NCBI GenBank assembly: GCA_965230935.1
Contig: OZ246400.1
Location: 694,359-758,358, forward strand
DNA from: an uncultured Gammaproteobacteria bacterium
GTDB taxonomy: Bacteria > Patescibacteriota > Patescibacteriia > Magasanikbacterales > JBBTQS01
DNA: 64,000 bases
Direction of reading: 5' to 3'
The notes beneath the pieces were generated by a model, which saw only the letters and a list, made by a program, of their open reading frames with translations, had not been told where the DNA came from and made no database searches. A program made the translations under genes and the position numbers. Positions within the stretch are counted from its first letter, which is position 1; the number at the start of each line of letters is the position of its first letter. This document shows positions 19,340 to 30,893 of the stretch, piece after piece.

Positions 19340-21703
19340 CTATTGATTTACTTTTGGGGAATCTTCCTCTTCTTCCTCATCCTCTTCGTACTCTTCTTCG
19401 TCTTCATATTCTTCATCATCGCCATCCTCGTCCTCTTGTTCTTCCTCATCACTTATTTGCTCTTCGTCCTCAAGAGATTCGTCGTCTTCGTCATATTCCT
19501 CATCTATCTCCATACTATCAATTTCCGTTTCAGTGATCAAAATTTCACGAGGCTTAGAACCACGTGCAGGACCGACAATTCCCGCTTCTTCAAGTTCGTC
19601 CAAAATTCGTGCGGCACGTGCATAGCCGACACGTAAACGACGTTGTAAAAATGACGCCGAAGCCTTCCCTTCACTTATAATTAACTCCTTTGCTTCTTCA
19701 AATAAATCGTCATGATCGCTCTCTGAACCAAACACACTCGGGCCCGCACCACTCTTACCACCCTTTTCAGTAATACTGTGGTCATATTGTGGCGGCTCAT
19801 CTTCTTTTAAGAATCGTACCACCGCCTTGAGCTCATCCTCACTAATAAATGCGCCTTGTAATCGTTTTGGTTTTGACAGTTGTGGGTTTAAGAATAGCAT
19901 GTCTCCACGGCCAAGAAGTTTTTCTGCACCTGAAGAATCTAAAATGGTACGTGAGTCAATCAACGACGCCACTGAAAAGGCAACACGTGCCGGGATGTTT
20001 GCTTTGATTGTTCCGGTAATAATATCAACACTTGGGCGTTGGGTGGCCAAGAGTAAATGAATACCAACAGCTCGAGCCATTTGTGCTAAGCGTACAATCC
20101 CCGCCTCGATTTCTTTGGGCGATGTAGTCATGAGATCAGCAAGTTCATCAACCACAAAAACCAAATACGGAAGTTTTTCTTTCGCGCTTTTGTTGTATGA
20201 ACTAATATCACGTTTGCGTGATTTGGAAAGGAGATCAAAACGACGCTCCATTTCACTGATTGTCCAACGCAGTGCATTGATAGTCTTTTTTACATCAGTA
20301 ATAACCGGAGTGAGTAAGTGAGGGATGCCATCATACAGAGTAAGCTCTACCCGTTTTGGATCCACAAAAATGAAGCGTAGTGTCTCCGGGGTGTTTTGGA
20401 ATAGCAAACTTAAAATAATCGTATTTAAACACACTGTCTTTCCAGAACCGGTTGCTCCAGCCACGAGCATATGTGGCATCTTTGGTAAATCAGCAAACCA
20501 TACATGACCGGCAACATCTTTCCCTAGTGCACACATCATACTATTGGTGCGACTCTTGTATGCTTTTGACTGCAACAACTCTTTGAGTGTTACCATGGCA
20601 ATGCGTTGATTGGGAACTTCAATACCAACGAGTGATTTTCCAGGAATTGGTGCTTCAATCCGAATCGGATGTGCTGCCAGCTCTAATGCCAAGTCGTTGT
20701 TGAGCGCAGTGATGCGTGAAAGCTTGGTTCCCCGCATTGGCTTAACCGTATATTGCGTGACTGTTGGTCCGATGCGTACCTCGCCCATTGATACCTCAAT
20801 ACCAAAGTGCGCCAGTGTCTCTTTAATGATTTGTGCGTTACCTTTAATGTCTCCAGCGGTTGGTTTGCCACTATTACTTGTGAGAAGTGAAATTTTTGGT
20901 AGGTCTTTTGTGCCAGTGTATATAAATGGGTTGTTTGCTGGCGCATCATCTTTGGTCTCTTCGTCATCTTCCTCGTCTTCATCCTCAGGTTCTTCTTCGT
21001 CATACTCTTCTTCACTTTCTTCATCTTCATCAAACACTTCTTCCATGTCGTCATCGTCATCTTCACCAATGCGTCGGCGAGCAAACCCGCTATCCTCGTC
21101 ATAGACACCCATGGTTTGTAACCGCTCAATGTGCAGTACTTTGCCGATGAAGCGCAAGATCGCATACCCAATATTGGAGAAGAATCCCATGAATCCAAAA
21201 ATATTGGATAGTGATGTGTTGAACAAAAAGAGCAAGGAGATGAAAAACAAACAAATTAAGATAATGGTTGAAACCCATAGTCCAAATGCTTGCAGAAGTG
21301 GCACACTAAAGATTACTCCCAGTAGACCGCCGCCATCACCAGCTAGCGCTGTAGCAACTTTATCTTGTCCGCCGAGAAACAAGTGTAATACACCAGTTGC
21401 TGAGAGTGAGAGTAGTGCCACACCAATAACATGGGTTGGCTTGTGTTCGTATTCGTCTTCACGCTCAATTAGCACCGCCCAGATAATCAGAACAATCGGC
21501 ATGAGGTATTTAGTAACCCCAAAAAACATGGCAAAGAATGAATCGATAAAGCGTCCAATGACTCCAGCAACATCAAAGAAGCTCAGCGCTGCTAAAATTG
21601 CCAAGATAAACAAAAAAACCGCGATCACACCCCGCTTGATCTCGGGATTTAGTGGTGCAGAAAACCAGGAGTCTTTATTACGACGCTTTCTTTTTCGTGC
21701 CAT
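19340..21703 (-). CDS. ftsK: DNA translocase FtsK/SpoIIIE
   Basis: N-terminal TMs, Walker A GATGSGKT, Walker B FVVDELADL, gamma winged-helix domain (ASASFLQRRLRVGYARAARILDEL). Acidic low-complexity linker and tail. Confidence 0.9.
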   Translation of the reverse strand: MARKRKRRNKDSWFSAPLNPEIKRGVIAVFLFILAILAALSFFDVAGVIGRFIDSFFAMFFGVTKYLMPIVLIIWAVLIEREDEYEHKPTHVIGVALLSLSATGVLHLFLGGQDKVATALAGDGGGLLGVIFSVPLLQAFGLWVSTIILICLFFISLLFLFNTSLSNIFGFMGFFSNIGYAILRFIGKVLHIERLQTMGVYDEDSGFARRRIGEDDDDDMEEVFDEDEESEEEYDEEEPEDEDEEDDEETKDDAPANNPFIYTGTKDLPKISLLTSNSGKPTAGDIKGNAQIIKETLAHFGIEVSMGEVRIGPTVTQYTVKPMRGTKLSRITALNNDLALELAAHPIRIEAPIPGKSLVGIEVPNQRIAMVTLKELLQSKAYKSRTNSMMCALGKDVAGHVWFADLPKMPHMLVAGATGSGKTVCLNTIILSLLFQNTPETLRFIFVDPKRVELTLYDGIPHLLTPVITDVKKTINALRWTISEMERRFDLLSKSRKRDISSYNKSAKEKLPYLVFVVDELADLMTTSPKEIEAGIVRLAQMARAVGIHLLLATQRPSVDIITGTIKANIPARVAFSVASLIDSRTILDSSGAEKLLGRGDMLFLNPQLSKPKRLQGAFISEDELKAVVRFLKEDEPPQYDHSITEKGGKSGAGPSVFGSESDHDDLFEEAKELIISEGKASASFLQRRLRVGYARAARILDELEEAGIVGPARGSKPREILITETEIDSMEIDEEYDEDDESLEDEEQISDEEEQEDEDGDDEEYEDEEEYEEDEEEEEDSPKVNQ

Positions 21704-21744
21704 ATTGTCTACAGAAACAGTATAGCAAAAGGTAAATAAAAAAT

Positions 21745-22100
21745 CTCCTACTCAGGGCTGCGAATACGACACTACACACGATGTGTCAGACATGAGGAGA
21801 AGAGTTCAGGCAAAAGCCTGAAAGAGGAGAGAGTTTTCTTCTCAACTCGTGTTTGACGGGTGCATGTGCATTCGCAGCCCGGAAAAGGAGAAATTATGGA
21901 GAACTAAAAAAACGTCATGGCCCCTCCAAGGTAAGTATAGTATAGGGCTCACTGACGTTTTGTCAAGATTAGGTCCCACTTGTCAGAACAAGAGGAGCCG
22001 ACCGAATATATAAAGATCTATTTTTTGGCCGGTGTCTTGTTCTGGCAAGTGGGGAGAAGCGTCGCTTCCCCCGTTCGCGGGTTGAGATATCAATGCTTCA
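21745..22100 (+). other. structured intergenic region upstream of rpoB (candidate ncRNA or long leader)
   Basis: 11-bp long-range helix GGGCTGCGAAT(21755-65)/ATTCGCAGCCC(21870-80) enclosing hairpins. 19-bp inverted repeat CCCACTTGTCAGAACAAGA(21975-93)/TCTTGTTCTGGCAAGTGGG(22035-53) with one U.G wobble that works only on the plus strand. No ORF of 60 aa or more. Confidence 0.3.
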
Positions 22101-22748
22101 TTGTGTCGAGAAAGCGGCCCATAAGCCATTGCGCGTAACGATTATGTTCCCCCGTGTACGAGTATTTGGATTGCGCAGTGGCAGGGTTCGCGTCTCTTGC
22201 AACTGAAACACCTGTGGAGGGAGAAAAGATGGTGGCGATCATAGATCACCCCTTTCTCAAGCGGAGCACGCATAGGAGTAGCGAGAGCCAAGGCCCTCGT
22301 CAACCCTATTGTGGTTCCAAAATTGTGCCTTTTTATATGTATTGGGCACAACCTCTCTCCTCCACAGCTATCTCAGTAGATGAAATGTACGACCGAGCAC
22401 TATAGCATATCTGGTTAAATTTGTCAAGAGCATTACCCAAAGTAACTTAATTTTGTCAAAATCTGTGGATAATATGTGGTAATTTATACCTATTATATTT
22501 TCGTAGATTGATTTTTTCTCTAAAATTAAACAAATTTGTAATTTTCTTGACAACCTTCCCGAGATTTGACATGGGATAACAATTTAGCTATACTTACGCA
22601 CGACTCGCGGTTTTCCTCCCATTTAAGGAGTGGCTACTGCGTGCACGGGTGATCAAAACGCATGCAAACCCTGCAAATTCGTCCAAATTTAATGATTCGA
22701 TCTAAGTAAAAATGAAACCCCAAACCTTTCGGGGTATCTTTTTGTTTT

Positions 22749-25700
22749 GTGCCTATGTTTAAGCGAAACCACGCGATTCCAGCGGAACGTACCTATTTTA
22801 CGCAGTTAAAACCTGCAATGGATCTACCAGATTTGGTAGCGGTTCAACAATACTCATATCAATGGTTTTTTGATAAGGGTATTCGAGAATTGTTTCAAGA
22901 GCTCTCACCAATCCACGATTTTACTGGTCGTGATTTGGAGCTGTATTTTGAAGATTACTATTTAGACGAGCCTAAGTTTGACGAAGTGACGTGTCGCAAA
23001 AAAAATATTACCTATGAAGCACCGCTTCGGGTAAAAGCGCGATTGGTTAACAACCGTACCAAAGAAGAAAAAACCCAAGAGGTGTATTTGGGAGACATCC
23101 CGCTCATGACTGATCGCGGGACATTCATGATTAATGGAATTGAGCGTGTTATTGTATCGCAATTGATTCGTTCTCCTGGTGCATTCTTTACTTCTGAGAA
23201 CATTCGTGGTCGTCGCCATTATGGCGCTAAGATTATTCCAAACCGCGGTGCATGGATTGAGATCGAAACAGACAGTAATAACATCGTATGGATCAAAGTT
23301 GATCGTAAGCGAAAAGTCGCTGCCACAACGGTGTTACGCGCATTTGGGTATTCAGAGACACAAGAGATTCGCGATTTGTTACGTGAAGTAAACACCCATC
23401 CGCAAATTGATTATGTAGAGGCAACCCTTGGTAAGGATGCGGCTTCAAACGAGGAGGAGGGATTGCAAGAAGTATACAAGCGTATTCGTCCAGGTGATTT
23501 GGCAACCGTTGATAATGCGCGATCTCTCATTCATGCCATGTTTTTTAACTTTGATCGGTATGACCTTGGGCGTGTTGGTCGTTATAAAATGAATGAGCGT
23601 TTTAGTATTGAAACTAAGGAGGGTGATTTGGAAGGAAAGAACGCGCCGCAGAATCGTATTTTGAAAAAGGAAGATTTGCTTACCGTGATTCGCGAGGTGA
23701 TTCGGTTGAATGTGCATCAAGAAGAGGCAGATGATATTGATCACTTAGGCAACCGTCGTATTCGTGCAATTGGTGAGTTGGTACAAAATCGTTTTCGTGT
23801 AGGATTGACTCGCATGGAGCGTATTGTGAAAGACCGCATGAGTACGTATGAGCTCGAGTCATTAAATCCCGGAAAACTCATTAATGCGCGTCCGGTGATT
23901 GGTGCGGTTCGTGAATTCTTTATGAGTTCACAACTCTCACAGTTCATGGATCAAACTAACCCATTGGCTGAGCTTGAGCACAAGCGTCGCTTAAGTGCAC
24001 TGGGGCCTGGCGGGCTCTCCCGTGATCGCGCAGGGTTTGAAGTTCGTGACGTGCATCCAACCCACTATGGCCGTATTTGTCCGATTGCTACTCCGGAAGG
24101 ACCAAACATTGGTTTGGTTGGTCACTTAGCATCATATGCTGTGATCAATGACTTTGGATTTTTGGAAACGCCGTATCGAAAGGTGACTAAAGATGCAAAG
24201 GGTAAACCACAAGTGACCAACGAGATTGAATATCTCAATGCGTTTCAAGAAGAAAAGATCATCAGTGTGAGTGCAACTGCGCCAATTGATGAAAATGAAA
24301 ATTTTATTACCAATCGTGTGCCGGTGCGAAAGCATGGTGAGCCGGGAATCGCTGATGTGAGTGAGATTGAGTATATGGACGTGGCGTCAAATCAGATCAT
24401 TAGTATCGCGACATCTATGATTCCATTTTTGGAACATGATGATGCAACGCGTGCGCTGATGGGAACAAACATGCAACGCCAAGCCGTGCCATGTATTACC
24501 CCTGATGCGCCGATTATCGGAACCGGTGTTGAAAAAGACGCCGCAAAAAATTCAGGTCACGTAATTGTTGCTGAGGATGATGGTGAAGTTGCTGCAGTGG
24601 CAAGCAAATCCATCACCATGAAATACAAAAAAGTTGGGGAGAAGACCTATACGTTGAATAAATTTGTGCGCTCAAACCATAGTACTGCTATTAACCAGCG
24701 TCCGATTGTGACTCTTGGGCAAAAGGTAAAACGTGGTGATGTGCTGGCAGATGGACCATCAACCCAAAATGGTGAGTTGGCGCTTGGCCAAAATGTGTTG
24801 GTTGCCTATATGGTATGGGATGGATTCAACTATGAAGATGCCATTATTATCTCGGAGCGCTTAGTGCGTAATGACCGTTACAACTCCGTGCATATTGAAG
24901 ATTATGTGGTGGATGTTCGCGAGACTAAACTTGGTCCAGAGCAGATTACCAGTGATATTCCAAACGTGAGCGAGGAAAAATTGAAGAACTTGGATTCCGA
25001 AGGGATCATTCGTATTGGTGCTGAAGTGCGATCAGGAGACATTTTGGTTGGTAAGATTACACCAAAGGGTGAGACCGAGTTATCAGCTGAAGAAAAGTTG
25101 TTGCGCGCAATCTTTGGTGAGAAGGCGCGCGATGTTCGTGATTCATCAAAGTACTTGGAACATGGTGATCACGGAAAAGTGATTGATGTAAAAATCTTTA
25201 GCGCTGAAGATGGTGACAAGTTACAACCAGGAGTAATTAAGCAAATTCAAGTGACAGTTGCCGACATGCGAAAGATTCAAGTGGGAGATAAGATGGCTGG
25301 TCGTCATGGAAACAAGGGTGTTATCTCTCGTGTGGTTCCAGCAGAAGACATGCCGTTTTTGGAAGATGGTACGCCGGTCGATATTATTCTATCTCCTTTG
25401 GGTGTTATTTCTCGTATGAACCTCGGGCAAGTATTGGAGACACACCTCGGTCTTGCAGCCAATGCCCTGGGGTATCGAGTAGCAACACCACCACTCAATG
25501 GAATTACCGAAGCACAAATCAAGGATGAGCTCGACAAGGCTGGATTTGCACAAGATGGACAGTTGCAATTGTTTGATGGTCGAACCGGTGAGCCGTTTGA
25601 TCATAAAACCACAGTCGGCTATTCCTACATGTTGAAACTTAACCACATGATCGAAGACAAGTTGCACCAACGATCAATTGGTCCGTACAGCTTGATCTCA

Positions 25701-26024
25701 CAGCAGCCGCTCGGTGGTAAAGCACAACATGGTGGTCAGCGATTTGGAGAAATGGAAGTTTGGGCACTCGAAGCCTATGGTGCTGCGCACACGTTGCAAG
25801 AGATTTTGACGATCAAATCAGACGACGTGCCAGGACGGAGTAAAGCATATGAGTCAATTATTAAAGGTGAGCCGATCACACGAGTGAACATCCCAGAGTC
25901 ATTCCATGTGCTCACACGAGAGTTAAAAGGTCTTGGGCTAGAAGTCGAGTTGCTCAAAGAGCATGAAGGAAAGCTCCTCACCCAAGAGGAGATTCCTCAA
26001 GAGCCAACTGAGCGCGACGAATAA
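22749..26024 (+). CDS. rpoB: DNA-directed RNA polymerase subunit beta
   Basis: 1091 aa. Conserved RpoB regions incl. [13 protein letters not shown] and NADFDGD-partner motifs. Confidence 0.97.
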   Translation: MPMFKRNHAIPAERTYFTQLKPAMDLPDLVAVQQYSYQWFFDKGIRELFQELSPIHDFTGRDLELYFEDYYLDEPKFDEVTCRKKNITYEAPLRVKARLVNNRTKEEKTQEVYLGDIPLMTDRGTFMINGIERVIVSQLIRSPGAFFTSENIRGRRHYGAKIIPNRGAWIEIETDSNNIVWIKVDRKRKVAATTVLRAFGYSETQEIRDLLREVNTHPQIDYVEATLGKDAASNEEEGLQEVYKRIRPGDLATVDNARSLIHAMFFNFDRYDLGRVGRYKMNERFSIETKEGDLEGKNAPQNRILKKEDLLTVIREVIRLNVHQEEADDIDHLGNRRIRAIGELVQNRFRVGLTRMERIVKDRMSTYELESLNPGKLINARPVIGAVREFFMSSQLSQFMDQTNPLAELEHKRRLSALGPGGLSRDRAGFEVRDVHPTHYGRICPIATPEGPNIGLVGHLASYAVINDFGFLETPYRKVTKDAKGKPQVTNEIEYLNAFQEEKIISVSATAPIDENENFITNRVPVRKHGEPGIADVSEIEYMDVASNQIISIATSMIPFLEHDDATRALMGTNMQRQAVPCITPDAPIIGTGVEKDAAKNSGHVIVAEDDGEVAAVASKSITMKYKKVGEKTYTLNKFVRSNHSTAINQRPIVTLGQKVKRGDVLADGPSTQNGELALGQNVLVAYMVWDGFNYEDAIIISERLVRNDRYNSVHIEDYVVDVRETKLGPEQITSDIPNVSEEKLKNLDSEGIIRIGAEVRSGDILVGKITPKGETELSAEEKLLRAIFGEKARDVRDSSKYLEHGDHGKVIDVKIFSAEDGDKLQPGVIKQIQVTVADMRKIQVGDKMAGRHGNKGVISRVVPAEDMPFLEDGTPVDIILSPLGVISRMNLGQVLETHLGLAANALGYRVATPPLNGITEAQIKDELDKAGFAQDGQLQLFDGRTGEPFDHKTTVGYSYMLKLNHMIEDKLHQRSIGPYSLISQQPLGGKAQHGGQRFGEMEVWALEAYGAAHTLQEILTIKSDDVPGRSKAYESIIKGEPITRVNIPESFHVLTRELKGLGLEVELLKEHEGKLLTQEEIPQEPTERDE

Positions 26025-26047
26025 GTTCATCCATCACATACAAGCAT

Positions 26048-29000
26048 ATGTCTACACAAATCAACGACAAACTGCACACCATGGACTTTGATGCCATCCG
26101 ATTGCGTATCGCATCTCCTGATGTCATCCGTTCATGGAGTAGTGGTGAGGTGTTAAAACCAGAAACCATTAACTATCGTACCCAAAAACCGGAGAAGACC
26201 GGGTTGTTTGCTGAAGAAATCTTTGGACCGACCAAAGATTGGGAGTGTTATTGTGGAAAGTATAAAAAGGTTCGCTACAAAGGAATCATTTGTGACAAGT
26301 GTGGCGTGGAAGTAACCCATTCTTTGGTGCGTCGTGAGCGTATGGGGCATATTGAGCTCTCCGCACCAGTAACGCACATTTGGTTTTTCCGTTCGATTCC
26401 ATCGAAAATTGGTACAATTTTGGATTTGTCGGTACAAGCCATGGAGAAGGTGGTGTACTTTGCCAACTTTATCATCACTGATGTTGATCAAGATGCAAAA
26501 AAGGAGACTGTGCAGATGCTCAAGGATGAGTTTAAGAGTAAAAAGAAACAGTTGACCAATGAGATTAAACGCAATATTGCTGCAGCAAAAGAAAAAGGCG
26601 TTGATACCAAAAAAGTAGAGGATGAAGGCGAGGAAAAAATGACCGCACTTGAAGAAGATTTTTCCATTGCTGAGCGCGAACTTAAAGAGATTGAGGTACT
26701 GCACATGCTGAGTGAGAATGCGTTTCAGGAGTTGTCGTATCGCTATGGCCATATCTTTGATGCGCAGATTGGTGCAGACGCCATTCGCTATTTGCTTAAA
26801 CGTTTGGACATGACCAAAACTGCGGCAGCGCTTGATAAAGAAATTGAAACCTGTACCACGGCCAAGCGTGACAAAATGATTCGCCGCGTGAAACTGCTCA
26901 AGAGCTTAATTCAAAATAGTATCAAACCGGAATGGATGATCCTTGATGTGATTCCAGTGATTCCACCAGATTTGCGTCCAATGGTGGCGCTTGATGGTGG
27001 ACGTTTTGCAACTTCAGACCTCAATGATTTGTATCGCCGCGTGATTAACCGGAACAATCGTTTGAAACGCTTGCTCGATCTGAAAGCACCAGAGGTGATT
27101 GTGCGAAATGAAAAGCGCATGTTACAAGAAGCAGTAGATGCGCTGATTGACAATGACGCGCGACGAGGAAAGACGGTTACTGCTTCAACTGGACAACGCC
27201 GTAAGCTACGCAGTATTGCCGATGTCCTTAAAGGAAAGCAAGGGCGATTCCGTCAGAACTTACTTGGAAAACGTGTGGACTATTCTGGTCGATCCGTAAT
27301 TGTGGTAGGACCAAACATGCAGATGAGCGAATGTGGTTTGCCAAAGCGCATGGCACTTGAGTTGTTCAAACCATTTGTGATGAGCAAGATTATTGAGCGT
27401 GGTTTTGCGCACAACGTGCGTAGTGCTTCACGATACATTGATGCTGATCATGATGAAGTATGGGACATCTTGGAAGAAGTAATTGTTGATACACGGGTGC
27501 TGCTCAACCGTGCGCCAACCTTGCACCGATTGGGTATTCAAGCATTTACTCCACGTCTGATTGAGGGGAAAGCAATTCGTATTCATCCAATGGTGTGTAC
27601 GGCATTTAACGCAGACTTTGATGGAGATCAAATGGCGGTGCATGTGCCGTTGACTGAGCAGGCAAAGTGGGAAGCTGAAAATTTGATGGCCGCAGAGCGA
27701 AATATTTTGAAACCATCAACCGGTAATCCGATTGCAACACCAAAGCAAGACATTACGCTTGGGTGCTTTTACATGACGACCATGCGTCCGGCGCTTGAGG
27801 ACGTGCCAAAAGAAAAGATCAAACGGTTTGCTTCAGAACGAGATGCGCGATTGGCATACAAGTTGCGTCGCATTGGTTTGCAAGAACCAATCGAGGTTGC
27901 ATTTGAAGACCGCAGCCGTTTTGAAAAAGATGCTCCAGCACGTATGGTGACCACCGTTGGTCGTATTGCATTTAATGATGTGTTGCCAAAGGAGCTCCCA
28001 TGGTACAACGAAGCAGTTACTGGTAAGACACTCTCTAAGATTGTGCGTCTGGCACTTGAGAAAGTGAGTGTTGAGTCAGCAGCGCAGACATTGGATAAAA
28101 TGAAAACTCTTGGGTTTAAGTATGTGACGAAGTCTGGATACTCACTTGGCATGGACGACTTCCCACATGTGCCACAAAAAGAGACTATCTTGCAAGATGG
28201 TGATAAACGCGTGCAAGAAGTTGAGGATCAGTATCAAGACGGTTTGTTGACCCAAAATGAGCGGTACACCAAGATTATTGAGATTTGGACTGATGTAAAA
28301 GATCAAGTGCTCAAACACAACCGAGATTCGTTGAATAATTTTGGTCCGGTGTATGCCATGATCGAGTCTGGTGCGCGTGGGTCTTGGGGGCAGCTTGGAC
28401 AGGTGATTGGAATGAAAGGGCTGGTGAGCAACCCGGCAGGTGAGATTATTGAGTTGCCGGTTAAAGGAAACTTCAAAGAAGGGTTTACCGTACTTGAGTT
28501 CTTTATTAGTAGTCACGGAGTACGTAAAGGATTGACTGATACTGCGTTGCGAACGGCAAATGCTGGTTACCTCACTCGTCGTCTGGTGGATGTGGCGCAA
28601 GATGTGGTGATTTTGGAGGAAGACTGTGGTACTCCAGAAGGTATTTTGGTGACGCGAGAAGAGAGTGAGCGTGTGATGGGTGAGAAAATCTCAGAGCGTA
28701 TTCGTGGGCGTTTCTTGGTAGAAGATATTGTTAAACCCGGCGGACGCAAAGTATTGGTGAAAGCGGGTGAGATGATTACTGAGAAACAAGCGCGTGAGTT
28801 AGAAGACTCAGCAGTAGAAGAAGTGACTGTGCGATCAGTGCTCAAGTGTGAATTGCCAAAAGGGTTGTGCGTAAAATGTTATGGTGTGGATTTGGCAAAG
28901 AACCGACCAGTTGAAAAAGGAACCGCGGTTGGTATCATTGCGGCACAATCCATTGGTGAACCAGGAACGCAGCTGACCATGCGTACGTTCCATACCGGTG

Positions 29001-30082
29001 GTGTTGCCGGAGTGAGCGACATTACCCAAGGTTTGCCGCGTGTTGAGGAGTTGTTCGAAGTGCGTAATCCAAAACACAAAGCACATGTAAGTGATGTGTC
29101 CGGTGTTGTCAGTATAGAATCAGCAGAAGGTCGGGTAATTGAATCACCAACCGGACGTCGGATTTTTGAAGGGCGACGAGGACAAAAGATTGTAAAGGTG
29201 AGTTATGAAGGAGTAAACGAAGAAACCCTCAAAGTATTAAGCAAAGATGACGTAAAAGTAGAAGATGGTGCGAGTGTTGAGAAAGGTCAACTATTGATTG
29301 AACGTAAAGATGGCGAGGAAGTTACGGCTACTCATCCCGGCACGGTACGTATGGCACCGCGCAAGATGATTGTGGCATATCAAGGTCATCATGAGAAAGA
29401 ATTTATCATTCCACTTGGTTTGAAGTTGGCAGTGAAAGATGGTGATTTGGTAAATTCCGGGGATCCACTGACCGAAGGGTACATGGATCTCAAGCAGCTC
29501 TTTGAGCTTAAGGATCGCGCTGCCGTGCAAACGTATATCTTGCGGGAGATTCAGGAGATTTATGCATCACAAGGACAAAAGCTCAATGACAAGCATATCG
29601 AGATCATTATTCGTCAGTTATTCTCCCGTGTGATGGTGGTTGATCCGGGTGATACGGATTTGCTTCCTGGGGAAACAGTAGAAAAGGCGCAGTTGTATTA
29701 TGCAAACACTGATTTGCAAAAGGGCCAAAAGCCGGCTGAAGTCGAAGAGCTACTCTTAGGAATCTCTCGTGTTGCGCTTTCAACACAAAGCTTCCTTTCA
29801 TCTGCATCATTCCAAGAGACTGCTAAGGTATTGATCAATGCAGCGGTGACCGGAAAGATTGATTATCTTGAGGGGCTTAAGGAAAATGTGATTATTGGCC
29901 GCAAGGTTCCTGCAGGTACCGGGTTTGCTGGTTCACCAATTGTGATCCCAGAGCCAGAGATTGTTGAGCCAGAAGAGCTGACGGATGAAGAAGGGGAACA
30001 AGAAGAAGTAGAAGTGTCGGGGGAGGAATCTACAACACAAGAGGCACCAGAAGAAAAAAAAGAAGAGGCGCCAGCCAAATAG
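26048..30082 (+). CDS. rpoC: DNA-directed RNA polymerase subunit beta'
   Basis: 1344 aa. Zinc finger CxxC..CxxC at N-terminus, NADFDGDQM catalytic motif. Confidence 0.97.
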   Translation: MSTQINDKLHTMDFDAIRLRIASPDVIRSWSSGEVLKPETINYRTQKPEKTGLFAEEIFGPTKDWECYCGKYKKVRYKGIICDKCGVEVTHSLVRRERMGHIELSAPVTHIWFFRSIPSKIGTILDLSVQAMEKVVYFANFIITDVDQDAKKETVQMLKDEFKSKKKQLTNEIKRNIAAAKEKGVDTKKVEDEGEEKMTALEEDFSIAERELKEIEVLHMLSENAFQELSYRYGHIFDAQIGADAIRYLLKRLDMTKTAAALDKEIETCTTAKRDKMIRRVKLLKSLIQNSIKPEWMILDVIPVIPPDLRPMVALDGGRFATSDLNDLYRRVINRNNRLKRLLDLKAPEVIVRNEKRMLQEAVDALIDNDARRGKTVTASTGQRRKLRSIADVLKGKQGRFRQNLLGKRVDYSGRSVIVVGPNMQMSECGLPKRMALELFKPFVMSKIIERGFAHNVRSASRYIDADHDEVWDILEEVIVDTRVLLNRAPTLHRLGIQAFTPRLIEGKAIRIHPMVCTAFNADFDGDQMAVHVPLTEQAKWEAENLMAAERNILKPSTGNPIATPKQDITLGCFYMTTMRPALEDVPKEKIKRFASERDARLAYKLRRIGLQEPIEVAFEDRSRFEKDAPARMVTTVGRIAFNDVLPKELPWYNEAVTGKTLSKIVRLALEKVSVESAAQTLDKMKTLGFKYVTKSGYSLGMDDFPHVPQKETILQDGDKRVQEVEDQYQDGLLTQNERYTKIIEIWTDVKDQVLKHNRDSLNNFGPVYAMIESGARGSWGQLGQVIGMKGLVSNPAGEIIELPVKGNFKEGFTVLEFFISSHGVRKGLTDTALRTANAGYLTRRLVDVAQDVVILEEDCGTPEGILVTREESERVMGEKISERIRGRFLVEDIVKPGGRKVLVKAGEMITEKQARELEDSAVEEVTVRSVLKCELPKGLCVKCYGVDLAKNRPVEKGTAVGIIAAQSIGEPGTQLTMRTFHTGGVAGVSDITQGLPRVEELFEVRNPKHKAHVSDVSGVVSIESAEGRVIESPTGRRIFEGRRGQKIVKVSYEGVNEETLKVLSKDDVKVEDGASVEKGQLLIERKDGEEVTATHPGTVRMAPRKMIVAYQGHHEKEFIIPLGLKLAVKDGDLVNSGDPLTEGYMDLKQLFELKDRAAVQTYILREIQEIYASQGQKLNDKHIEIIIRQLFSRVMVVDPGDTDLLPGETVEKAQLYYANTDLQKGQKPAEVEELLLGISRVALSTQSFLSSASFQETAKVLINAAVTGKIDYLEGLKENVIIGRKVPAGTGFAGSPIVIPEPEIVEPEELTDEEGEQEEVEVSGEESTTQEAPEEKKEEAPAK

Positions 30083-30095
30083 AATAGATCGAAAA

Positions 30096-30122
30096 AGGAC
30101 AAGGTATAACTTGTCCTTTTTG
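30096..30122 (+). terminator. rho-independent terminator of rpoBC
   Basis: AGGACAAG/CTTGTCCT stem plus T5. Confidence 0.6.
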
Positions 30123-30162
30123 GTTTGGCGTATTAAGCTGTGACTACACGTAATGATCATCT

Positions 30163-30891
30163 ATGTCAGGACATTCAAAATGGAGTTCAATTAAACATAA
30201 AAAAGGAGCAGCTGATGCCAAGCGTGCCGCCGCCTTTACCCGTGTGACTCGCGAGATTATTGTGGCTGCTCGCGCTGGTGGCGATCCGGATATGAATTTT
30301 CAACTTCGTGTTGCAATTGATAAAGCCAAGGCAGTAAACATGCCAAAGGATAATATTACGCGTGCGATCAAAAAAGGGACAGGTGAGGACAAAGAGGGTG
30401 CGGTGTTTGAGTCGTTTCAATATGAAGGGTTTGGTCCAGCGCAGGTTGCCGTGATTGTTGAGGTGATGACTGATAATCGTAATCGGAGCTCTGCAGAAAT
30501 TAAACATTTATTTTCAAAACACGGAGGAAACATGGCAGGTCCTGGGTCGGTAGCGTGGCAGTTTGATCACGTAAGTGCAGTGCATGTAAGTAGTGAGGAG
30601 ATGGCAAAAATTACATCACGTGATGAGTTTGAGCTTGCGGTTATTGATGCTGGTGCAACTGACATTATTGATGAGGATGGTGGTTTGGTAGTACTCGGCG
30701 CACCAACTGATTATCAAAAGATTGTTGAGGTGGTAGAAGGACAAGGATTACATGTGGAAGATTCAGGGCTTGAGTGGCGAGCAAAAGAGAAAGTCGTTGT
30801 TGATGAGGCAAGCAAAGCTAAGGTCGAAGGATTTTTTGAAGCGCTTGATGATTGTGCTGATGTGCAATCATGGTATACCAATGCAGCATAG
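30163..30891 (+). CDS. yebC: YebC/PmpR family DNA-binding transcriptional regulator
   Basis: MSGHSKWSSIKHKKG start. Conserved three-domain YebC architecture. Followed by ruvC. Confidence 0.85.
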   Translation: MSGHSKWSSIKHKKGAADAKRAAAFTRVTREIIVAARAGGDPDMNFQLRVAIDKAKAVNMPKDNITRAIKKGTGEDKEGAVFESFQYEGFGPAQVAVIVEVMTDNRNRSSAEIKHLFSKHGGNMAGPGSVAWQFDHVSAVHVSSEEMAKITSRDEFELAVIDAGATDIIDEDGGLVVLGAPTDYQKIVEVVEGQGLHVEDSGLEWRAKEKVVVDEASKAKVEGFFEALDDCADVQSWYTNAA

Positions 30892-30893
30892 GT

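Noticed and set aside
19340-21150. Acidic EEYDEE / DEDEE low-complexity stretches as a repeat element or separate ORFs (e.g. 20610..21104 plus strand Ser-rich ORF)
   Set aside because: These are the acidic linker and tail of FtsK read in-frame. The plus-strand Ser-rich ORF is the antisense frame of the same low-complexity DNA.
21745-22420. RNase P RNA, tmRNA or group II intron domain V in the ftsK-rpoB gap
   Set aside because: No GGAAAGUCCGG/P4, ACAGAANCCGGCUUA, tRNA-like acceptor/T-arm (GGUUCGAAUCC) or domain V GAGC..GUUC signatures on either strand.
26153-26752. 199 aa minus-strand ORF and other long antisense ORFs inside rpoB/rpoC
   Set aside because: Embedded antisense in highly conserved RNA polymerase genes. 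No RBS or independent support.
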